DNA from: Leptospirales bacterium
GTDB taxonomy: Bacteria; Spirochaetota; Leptospiria; Turneriellales; JAOUFE01
NCBI GenBank assembly: GCA_040326155.1
Contig: JBEQLE010000005.1
Coordinates: 27,041 to 91,040 of the forward strand
DNA: 64,000 nt
Direction of reading: 5' to 3'
Shown: positions 1 through 8,500 of the stretch, one piece after another
How the letters are laid out: every line of letters starts with the position of its first letter
Numbering within the stretch: position 1 is the first letter of the stretch
Translations under genes and position numbers: made by a program
The notes under the pieces: model-generated
Database searches by the model: none
What the model was told of the DNA's origin: nothing
The model's input: only the letters and a program-made list of their open reading frames with translations

Positions 1-1
1 T

Positions 2-205
2 AAACAACTGGAAAATGAACTAATACAACGGACTGCCCAGATGATGCATATTATTAACATTGTCCTGGGTGGTAAGAAAAAAGAGGAGTTGATTACTTCA
101 ATGCAGAAACAAAACCTGGCTGATGAAGTTAAATCGATGATTAATATGATACTCAGCAAAGGTAAAATTGAAGCAGTCTATTTCGAAGAGTTGATTGTAA
201 GTTAA
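2..205 (+). CDS. fliL: Flagellar basal body protein FliL, 3' part (5' end outside window)
   Basis: Manual translation of frame 2 (not in ORF track): KQLENELIQRTAQMMHIINIVLGGKKKEELITSMQKQNLADEVKSMINMILSKGKIEAVYFEELIVS*. This is a typical FliL C-terminus, directly upstream of fliY. Confidence 0.85.
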   Translation, partial: KQLENELIQRTAQMMHIINIVLGGKKKEELITSMQKQNLADEVKSMINMILSKGKIEAVYFEELIVS

Positions 206-215
206 GGGGAGCAGC

Positions 216-1343
216 ATGGGAGAAGCATCATTATCACAAGATGAAATAGACGCACTATTAATGGGGGCAGAGGATGTTGACGCGCCCGCTGCGCCGGAAT
301 TTCCAGAACCAGCGCCTGCTAGTTCGGGGGGCGGTTCGAGTGCGGCTTTAGGTGGTGTCTTTAACGACGCTATGGCTACGGCGGCAAATTCAGCTACCTC
401 ATTAATAACTAAGAATGTCGAGATTGCTAATGTCGAAATCGAACCTAGCGATACCGGCGCAATGTCCAGGTCAACAATACCTGGTTCCGTGGTTATTTCC
501 ATTACAATGGGGGCCAGTAATAGTACTTTTACTATTGAGGCCGAAGCAGCCAAGAAAATATCAATGCTCATGATGGGCGCCGATATGCCGCCGGCTGAAC
601 TTGATGAAGCGTATTTATCTACACTGGGAGAGCTTGCGAACACGATCGCGTCTTCTATGTCGAACAGTCTGGGAGGCAAGTTTAAAGACGACTTGCAACC
701 CGGAGTTCCCGATATAAAGGTTTATAACAGCGAGGCAGACCTACCGCCTTTTGCCGGTAGTAATATTACAAAGTTTACATATGACTTGAAAATTGAAGGG
801 GAGACCCCGACAAAACTTGTTCATTACATTGATGCGCAAAGTACCGATAAGTGGGCTTCAGCCATAGCCGGACCTGCGGCAGCGCCCATGGCTCCCCCCA
901 TGAATCTTGGACAACCCCAGGCGCAACCACAGGCGGCTCCACAGCAGCAGGCATTTGGTGGTATGATGGGCGGAGCGCCTCAAGCACAATCCATGGGTGA
1001 TGTAGCGATTAATCCGGTGAATTTTCCAAGCCTCAGCGCCGGGGGACCGGCTATGGCAGCGGGAAGCGGTCAGATTCCATCGAATATCGATCTTTTGATG
1101 GATGTTCAGATGGTTCTTACCGTAGAGCTGGGCAGAACGAAAAAGTATGTTAAAGATATTCTGGGTCTTGGTGAGGGTTCGATTATCGAACTTGATAAAC
1201 TGGCCGGTGAACCGGTTGACCTTTTGGTCAATGGGAAACTGATCGCGAAAGGCGAAGTTGTGGTAATTGACGAAAACTTCGGTGTTCGGGTAACCGACAT
1301 TGTAGGACCTGCCGAACGATTAGCTCGAATGACATCGGGTTAA
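216..1343 (+). CDS. fliY: Flagellar motor switch protein FliY/FliN (CheC-like + SpoA domain)
   Basis: N-terminal LSQDEIDALL CheY-binding peptide, middle CheC-like region (LGELANT), C-terminal FliN domain (LMDVQMVLTVELGRT...GEVVVIDENFGVRVTDI). Confidence 0.92.
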   Translation: MGEASLSQDEIDALLMGAEDVDAPAAPEFPEPAPASSGGGSSAALGGVFNDAMATAANSATSLITKNVEIANVEIEPSDTGAMSRSTIPGSVVISITMGASNSTFTIEAEAAKKISMLMMGADMPPAELDEAYLSTLGELANTIASSMSNSLGGKFKDDLQPGVPDIKVYNSEADLPPFAGSNITKFTYDLKIEGETPTKLVHYIDAQSTDKWASAIAGPAAAPMAPPMNLGQPQAQPQAAPQQQAFGGMMGGAPQAQSMGDVAINPVNFPSLSAGGPAMAAGSGQIPSNIDLLMDVQMVLTVELGRTKKYVKDILGLGEGSIIELDKLAGEPVDLLVNGKLIAKGEVVVIDENFGVRVTDIVGPAERLARMTSG

Positions 1344-1351
1344 TGAGTTTA

Positions 1352-1894
1352 TTACCGAAGGGTAGTTGCAGATACTTCGTTAGAAAATTCAGACAATGTA
1401 TCAAACTGGGAGTGGGCTTTTATTTTAAAATAATAGGTCACTCCTGTCTCAAAAGGGACGTAGTACACAACGGTGGAACCATCGATTGCTTGTGTTACTC
1501 CCATATAATCATATAGAGTAACGGAAACAGTGTTTGTCAGGTCGTAATCGGCGCTGGAGTGAACAAAGGTTGGCACGGAGCCGTCATAATTATAGGCTTT
1601 GAGGTTTAAATTCCCCCCGCCATCTCCGCTGGAATGACGTGAAATATACAAATTGTAACCGTCAAAAGTATCTTCTTTATTTTGAACATTATATTCAACT
1701 TTAAACTTTTGTCCAGATAAGGCGGTAACGGCCAGGTCGACCGGCCTTTCAAGAAATTCTTGTTCGTTATAAGAGAGGTTCAAAACGCATCCGCCGGAAG
1801 TTACCAATAACAAAGGTAACCAAAGCAGTAATATTTGTTTTAAAGAACGTCTCACAAAATAAAAATACGCACGAGGTTTCAAAGCGTCAATCAA
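1352..1894 (-). CDS. Putative lipoprotein with fibronectin type III-like domain
   Basis: Hydrophobic stretch ending LLVTSGGC (lipobox-like). FDGYNLY and GVTYYFKIKAHS...SEFSNEVSATT resemble FN3 strands. Start uncertain. Confidence 0.6.
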   Translation of the reverse strand: MIDALKPRAYFYFVRRSLKQILLLWLPLLLVTSGGCVLNLSYNEQEFLERPVDLAVTALSGQKFKVEYNVQNKEDTFDGYNLYISRHSSGDGGGNLNLKAYNYDGSVPTFVHSSADYDLTNTVSVTLYDYMGVTQAIDGSTVVYYVPFETGVTYYFKIKAHSQFDTLSEFSNEVSATTLR

Positions 1895-1911
1895 AATATT
1901 GTAAAGTTACT

Positions 1912-3531
1912 TCAATACCTTTCAGTAGAGCGAATTCGTATTATTCGGACTTTGGCGCGAATAATAAAAAGGGATGAACCGCCAATGGAATGGTTCAGGT
2001 ATCTTTGAGGGTTTTTTAAGTAGTCGTTTATATCGATTGTTAAATATTTCGAGGTGTCATTGTATTGTAACACCATTCCAAAACCGGAATCGGTAAGAAA
2101 GGGCATTCCTTTTTGACCAGGTAACAAATAGAGCATAAAGTAATATGTTTTCTCTTTTTCTAAAATCAGTTTGCCCGATCTGTCAAAAATTTGTGAGCGC
2201 GGCAGGGTAATCCAGAAAGGTTTTCCGTCGATGTCGAGCAGAACCCTTACGGAATTTTCTTCGGAGGTTGGCGTGGCATTTGAAAATATGGGTTCTAGAG
2301 AGTAGTGCGCCAGCGCCGTGGGTCTATATTTTGTTATAACTTTTAAACCCGAAAAAGTTTCGTAGAGTTCAGTCGCATTTTCAGGGGTTACGGAGATGGT
2401 CCCGTTTTTAGAAATATTTAATTTTTTGGCAGTTTTGAAATCATCTATGGAATTTTGGTACAGGTCATCTCCATTTAAAAATAGAAAAAACTGATGACCG
2501 CTGGAAAGCCCGACTTTTTGTCTGTAAATAATATTGGCATAAGAAATACCCATTCTGGAACTTTTCTCGGCTGCTGCATTTTTCCAGAATACTCTTTCGC
2601 TCGGACTCATGCGGGGGCTTCCAATAATATGAACATGATGCTCTTGAGCAAGTATTCGCAGTTTTCCGCGAACCCGTTGCCGCGAATTGTCGCTACGTGG
2701 AGCTCCCGATACAACTAAAAGAATAACCGATTTTTTTTCAGATTTTTCATCGGGTACTATGTTTTTAAGTAGTGTATAATATAAGTTGTCGTCTTTATCA
2801 TTTCCTTTGCAGGGGATGTTTTGAACATAATCTATAATTTTTAATTTATCGTGGCTTACACCGGAAGTTTCCACATGGTTGTAACCGTTCACCGATATAA
2901 CTGAACTTTTACCTGCCGGGTAAAGTCGAAGGGCTTTCGATAGCGGACCTAATTCGGCGAATGATCTTCCTCTGGCGTCAATGGCAATTGTTAATGGTAT
3001 ATCGAATCCGCGAGAGGAGGCTGCGAATTTTACAAAAAACGAAGATTGAAAACGAATTCTGGCATACCTGCCTAGAAGTTCCCAGGCGTTGTATCCTTTT
3101 TCTTGAATTTCGTCGGTTAATAGTCCCGAGTGCGAGTAATAAATTGTGCCAGTAATAAAAAAAGATTTATCAGAGCCCGTAATTTCCGTTATCAATAAAT
3201 TATCAACATCTAGTTTTTGCGCGACGGTTTTTAACTGCCCGAGGCTGAGTCCATGGTTGGGGTGTATGCCGAGCTCACGAAAAACTTTTTCAACTTTTTG
3301 CGGGGCTATAATATTATTTACTTTGCCAGCTTTCAGGTAGAGATAAACGGTGCGGGCAAGTTCCCAGGGGGTTAATCGGTTGTCGATTGGTTCGGCCCGG
3401 TTTCCTGTTTGCAGGTGGGACGAATTGATCTGTTTTATTTTAACGGGTAATACTGCGTAAGTTGACGAATAAATGGCGGTCGAAAAAAAAAATAATCCAG
3501 CCAGGGTAAGTATACTGCGAATCGCTTTCAT
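1912..3531 (-). CDS. Exported hypothetical protein (TolB-N/CsgG-like N-terminus, degenerate vWA-like middle)
   Basis: Signal peptide MKAIRSILTLAGLFFFSTAIYS (likely start 3531). AQKLDVDNLLITEI segment, and IAIDARGRS / ILLVVSGAP resembling MIDAS positions. Confidence 0.5.
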   Translation of the reverse strand: MKAIRSILTLAGLFFFSTAIYSSTYAVLPVKIKQINSSHLQTGNRAEPIDNRLTPWELARTVYLYLKAGKVNNIIAPQKVEKVFRELGIHPNHGLSLGQLKTVAQKLDVDNLLITEITGSDKSFFITGTIYYSHSGLLTDEIQEKGYNAWELLGRYARIRFQSSFFVKFAASSRGFDIPLTIAIDARGRSFAELGPLSKALRLYPAGKSSVISVNGYNHVETSGVSHDKLKIIDYVQNIPCKGNDKDDNLYYTLLKNIVPDEKSEKKSVILLVVSGAPRSDNSRQRVRGKLRILAQEHHVHIIGSPRMSPSERVFWKNAAAEKSSRMGISYANIIYRQKVGLSSGHQFFLFLNGDDLYQNSIDDFKTAKKLNISKNGTISVTPENATELYETFSGLKVITKYRPTALAHYSLEPIFSNATPTSEENSVRVLLDIDGKPFWITLPRSQIFDRSGKLILEKEKTYYFMLYLLPGQKGMPFLTDSGFGMVLQYNDTSKYLTIDINDYLKNPQRYLNHSIGGSSLFIIRAKVRIIRIRSTERY

Positions 3532-3550
3532 GGATGGTGATTTTTCGAGT

Positions 3551-5035
3551 TTAATTTTCAACGTCAATGACTTTAAATTCAGTCCTGCGGTTTAAGCGGT
3601 TGGCTTTCGGTTCTTTATTGTTTATAACGGGCCGTGTTTCTCCGGCTCCTTCAATTTTAAGTTTGTTTGTAACCCCTTTGTCCACTAAATATTTTTTCAC
3701 CGAAGAGGCCCGTTTTTGTGATAGTTTTAAATTAAATTCCTCTTTGCCGATTAAGTCGGTGTGTCCGATAATTTTCAATTTCATCCCTTGGTGTTTTTTT
3801 AAATATGCCGCCAATCGATCAAGATAAACGTAAGACTCTTCTTGTATCTGGTCTGAATTGTGGTCAAAGTGTATCGACTGTATTGTGAAGCTACGATTTT
3901 TTTCGATGGGTTGTAATACAATGGGGAAAACCCCATCTCGGTAATCAACAGCGAGTACTTTTTTGTAATAGGGTAGATAACCCTCTTTTTCAATAAAAAT
4001 ATCAATATATTCAGGTCGGTGATCCACTTTAAGCATGAGCTTTCCATCTTTGTCAGAAGTTTTGGTGGTTTCAAGGGTGGGCGCAGAGGGTTTCGGGATT
4101 CTAAATTTTACATCTACCGAAAGATTTTTTTTTGTACTTATATCCTTAATCGTAAAACGTAAGAAAATATCATCGGACACTGGTTCTGAAAGAATATCAA
4201 AATGCAATTTTTTACTTTCGCTTTCATGGGTTCTGCTGTAGAAGAGCCGGTCATTGTAGATCGAGAAATAGGTTTCAGCCTGGTCGGTATTGATGGGGGG
4301 GCCAAGGTTGACAGGCAGCCCGAACTCTCCTTCGCGATGAGATACATAATAAATATCAAAGCTGCCCTCTCCTTCGGGTCGGTTGGAAGAAAAGTAGAAC
4401 CCCTGGTCATTTTCATCGGGTATAAGACTAATTTCAATGTCGGGTGAGTTTATTGGTTCAGGAAACTCAGTTGCTTCTTCGAAACTGCCATTTACCATAT
4501 TTGCATACATAAGTTGTGCATTCTGTATGTGCCCGAATTCATATCTGCTGAAATAGACAATTTTACCATCATGGCTGAGGGAGGGAGCTTTTTCATGGTA
4601 GGCTGTATTTACTTTGCCCGGAATTTTTACGGGTCTGGTCCATTGGCCTTTTACTAAGTGAGACCAATATAGATCGTGGGAGACCCGTATCTGACCTTTC
4701 GAGTTTTTCGCCATTTCGGCGCTTCCGTCTCGGTCTGAGGTAAAGATGATTACTTTTCCGTTTCGTGCGATGTAAGGGGCTTCGTCATTATAAGGTGAAT
4801 TAAGTACCTGGAACTTGGCAGGTTTTGCCCATTCATCATTTTCAAACTGAGAAATATAGATATTATTATAGCGATCTTTTTCTCTTTTGCTGTAAAAAAC
4901 CATGAAGGAACCATCCGGTGCGACTGAAGGCGCCAGTTCATGGTATGAGGTATTTATATTTTTCATGTTCTCGCCAAAGGCGGGGTGGGCGACCAGGAAT
5001 ATAAATAAGGCAGAGATAAAGAGATAGATTTTCAT
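3551..5035 (-). CDS. PD40 (TolB-like) repeat + OmpA C-terminal peptidoglycan-binding protein
   Basis: Signal peptide, repeated 'NT.YHE.APS.S.DG' PD40 repeats, OmpA_C motifs (IHFDHNS, IIGHTD, NLKLSQKRA, NRRTEF). Confidence 0.9.
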   Translation of the reverse strand: MKIYLFISALFIFLVAHPAFGENMKNINTSYHELAPSVAPDGSFMVFYSKREKDRYNNIYISQFENDEWAKPAKFQVLNSPYNDEAPYIARNGKVIIFTSDRDGSAEMAKNSKGQIRVSHDLYWSHLVKGQWTRPVKIPGKVNTAYHEKAPSLSHDGKIVYFSRYEFGHIQNAQLMYANMVNGSFEEATEFPEPINSPDIEISLIPDENDQGFYFSSNRPEGEGSFDIYYVSHREGEFGLPVNLGPPINTDQAETYFSIYNDRLFYSRTHESESKKLHFDILSEPVSDDIFLRFTIKDISTKKNLSVDVKFRIPKPSAPTLETTKTSDKDGKLMLKVDHRPEYIDIFIEKEGYLPYYKKVLAVDYRDGVFPIVLQPIEKNRSFTIQSIHFDHNSDQIQEESYVYLDRLAAYLKKHQGMKLKIIGHTDLIGKEEFNLKLSQKRASSVKKYLVDKGVTNKLKIEGAGETRPVINNKEPKANRLNRRTEFKVIDVEN

Positions 5036-5093
5036 ATCTTATTATCGGTGAACTTCGGAATCTGGGTTAGTGAAATTTTTTATAAAGATGAGT

Positions 5094-5117
5094 TAAGGAA
5101 GGCAGGAAGGGCAAGAA
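5094..5117 (+). repeat. Purine-rich dispersed repeat, copy 1 (taaggaaggcaggaagggcaagaa)
   Basis: Shares the AAGGAARGCAGGAA core with five other intergenic copies and a shortened core with a sixth. Confidence 0.8.
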
Positions 5118-5244
5118 TAATAAAAAACATAATTCCTTGAAATTTTATGAGAATACTATTCTTTTGCATAAAAATCCTGTTATGTGAAATGCCTAATGTT
5201 ATTTTCTCACCCGAATTCAACCACATTTTGGGGCTAACTCCGCT

Positions 5245-5506
5245 TAACCGCAAGAACTCGCAAAAAACTGGCAAGTCAATACGGCTCGCTTCATGCGTTG
5301 GTGAACAACGCCGCAGCGACCTGGGTTTCGCCGGCCACGAGTCACCCGACTGCGGCCCCCAAACCCCCGCCTGGCTCGTCACCTCGCAAGAGGTCACCGA
5401 CATAACCGGAGCCAACTTTGAATACATGCGCCAGGTCCTCTGCCAATTTATTCGCGATAATGAACAAATCAAACGTTTGTATGAAGTTTGTAAGGGATAT
5501 GTTTAA
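5245..5506 (+). pseudogene. Remnant of a short-chain dehydrogenase/reductase (SDR)
   Basis: One frame gives GSLHALVNNAA (SDR NNAG motif). It is joined in another frame to an SDR-like C-terminus SDLGFAGHESPDCGPQTPAWLVTSQEVTDITGANFE...IKRLYEVC. The GxxxGxG and YxxxK motifs are missing. Confidence 0.65.
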
Positions 5507-5525
5507 TTACGCGCGATAAATAAAT

Positions 5526-8500
5526 TTATTTTATTTCTTTATGAGTTTTCACCCGATTTCTACCTTTATGTTTTGCCGCATAAAGGGCCTTATCTGCTCT
5601 TTCAATTAATAAACCAGGTGTTTCCGTTGAGGTAGGTTTAATCGTGGCTACACCTTCACTCACCGTAACCACTTTTAAAATTTCAGAAAAATCATGTTTG
5701 AGGGCTAAACTTTCAATATGCCTTTGGATGTTTTCAGCAATAACGAAAGCTCCTTGAGCCGTAGTATTCGGAAGAATAACGGCAAACTCTTCTCCTCCGT
5801 ATCTTGCGGCAATATCCGTTGGCCGGTTTAATTGACCACGAATTGCATCAGCCACAATTTTAATACATTCATCGCCTTTTTGATGCCCATATCCATCATT
5901 GTATTTTTTAAAAAAGTCGATATCAATCATAATTAGCGATAATAAATTATGATCGCGAATACCATTGTCCCATTCTGCGTTAATAAATTCATCGAAATGC
6001 CTTCTATTGGCCAGACCTGTTAGAGCGTCTACTACTGCCAGTCGCTGTAGTATCCGGTTGGCATCAACAATCTCTTGCATAGCAACTTTCAATTTTTCTT
6101 TTTCTTCTTCAATTATTCTGGTTCGGTCTATTACTTTATCTTCAAGAGTTTCATAATGCCTTGCGTTTTCTATTGAAATAGCTGCTTGCGTAGAAATCAT
6201 TTCAAGCATTTCAATACGGCTTTCAGTAAAAGCGTCAGAAGTTAAATTGTTTTCAAGATAAATTATTCCGGTGACTTCCCCTTTGTATCTAACGGGGGTA
6301 CACAAAACAGATTTTATTTGATTTTTCTTGAAGTAAGAATCATTCTCAAACCTGTGGTCAATACCATCACCAGTCAGCATAACAACCTCCGAAGTTCTAG
6401 AAACAAATTGAACCATTGAAAATGGAATCCTGTCGTAACCTTCAGCCGGAGTTCTTTCAAATTTTAATAAAGAATTCTCTTCTATTGAATCTTCCGCTTC
6501 AATCCATAATTGGTTATTTTCATTGGATATAAATATTCCACGCTGGGCCCCCGCATTTTCAATAATAATATGCATTAATTTTTTTAACAAGGAATCGAAT
6601 TTAATCTCGCTGGAAATAGCAACGGTTGCTTTAACAACGGTATCAATATCAAGGAGTGATTTTGTAGTAGAAGAGATCTCTACCTTGCCAGGCACACTGG
6701 TGTTAGAAAAATTTTCGGGTTTCAGTAAAGTTTTATTCGTAGTTCGATTGCTTAAATCCACACTCCCAGCGAAGGCCTGTAGATTGGAAAATTCCGCTTC
6801 TGTTTTTTCAGCTATTGCCTTTGCCCCCCATGCACTGTACCCTGAGATGGCATCTCGAAGAAACGGCCAGGCCAGTTTCTTATTGTTTTCTTTAACAAGC
6901 AATCGTCCTGCCAGCTCATTGGCAATGCCGCTTTTTTGAATGAATCCGTTTTTAAGAGCGCTTTGCGAGGCCTCTTCATAAAGTCTAATTGCACTCAGCA
7001 CTTTTCCTTTATGTTTTTCAAGCTCAGCAGATACGAGCAAGTATTGATAGCCAAAATTTACCGGGTTCTTATCTGCCCATGATTTTATTTTTTTTTGAAT
7101 CTTGCGAATTTCTTTAAGGTATTTTTTCCGGGGTTTTTGATTATAAAGAGCTGATAAAATAAGTGCAGTAATGAAATAATGCTCAGTCGTATGAAGCATA
7201 GCAAGAGAATATTTCAAATATTTTTTAGACTCCAGCGAAATGTTATATGCTTCCGAGAAATTTCCCCATAAGTAAAGAGAGAACATCTTATTGACATAGT
7301 AAAAATGGGAAAAGTGAAGGGCTGTAAAAGTATTAATTTCTTTAATATACTCTTCTTCAACCAGGTTGTTATCCGAAAATGAATCCCGGCTGGATGTTAA
7401 TCCGTTTAAATTAGCAATAGTGCTGAGAACCGATTGGATTGTTCCCACTGCCTCTTTGTTGGCAATTCGGTGCATAAATTCCTGGAAATTTTCTGCAATT
7501 TTTTTAACTTCATCGAGGTTGACTCCCCTTATAAACTGGCTCATCACCAGAGTAGATACGGCACAGGAAACATGGAAAAAATCTCCCGTATGTAAGCCAC
7601 TTTCATAAGATGCCTTATAGTATTCCTCTGTTTCCGTAACCGGCCGCAACCAGAAATTTGTAAAATAGGCGGAAACAAAATTTATTTCGCTACGCTGATT
7701 TTTGTAATCAAATTTTTCGTTCATGGACAGAGCGAGGCGGCCAAACTCGTAACCACTTTGGTGGTTACCCAGTACTCCCCCTCTAAATATCCCCCCATAA
7801 ACCAGATACGATACAGCATTATCTTTAATGTTCCCGTATTTAAGACTTAAAGTAACTCCTTTAATTGCGTTATGAATGCAAAGTTCAGGCCGAATTTGGT
7901 ACGCAGCTTTAAGTAAAGCTGCAATAAGTTTCATGGCATAGGCCTTATCTTCATTTTCACACAAAGACAGGTTAACAAGGTCCTCAATTTTTTTCCCCGC
8001 CATTTTAATTTTAAGTTTAATAAAGTCCTTAATTAACAGGGGAGGGATAAAAGCTGAAGGGAGTTTTACACCATAAAGCCGGACAGCCTTTCTCCCGGTT
8101 TGGTAGGCAGTTTTAAAGTCACCAAGGTTTGTATAAAAATGAATCATCTTTTCATATACGGCTGATTTTTGATCCCTGTTTGATGCAATTTCCAGCGTTT
8201 CATTAAATATTTTTTTAGCATTTTCATGATTACCGCACAAATGTTCAATTTCAGCTAACTCCAGATTCACTTTATGCCAGAAATCGTTGTGTGTTTTAAA
8301 TAAATCTTCTTTCAATAAATTCCGCGCTGTTTGAATATACCGAAGAGCCGGTTCATAAGCGATAGATTCTTTTGCCCGAATCGCTGCCTGCAAATTGAGT
8401 TTTGCCAATTCCAGCTTTTCCTTTGCATCAACAATTAAATCCAAGGCAAGATCGTAATGATTGACAATTTCAAAAATATATTCCGATAAATGCTTTTCCT

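Noticed and set aside
98..679. 193-aa minus ORF and the many other short antisense ORFs overlapping core genes (e.g. 23147..23590, 44367..44789, 47712..48278)
   Set aside because: Antisense shadows of well-supported genes with no motifs of their own.
5147..5506. 119-aa + strand ORF (and 5080..5472 minus ORF) as intact genes
   Set aside because: Only the 3' half resembles a protein (SDR C-terminus), and the NNAA motif is in another frame. Treated as a pseudogene, with the minus ORF as its shadow.
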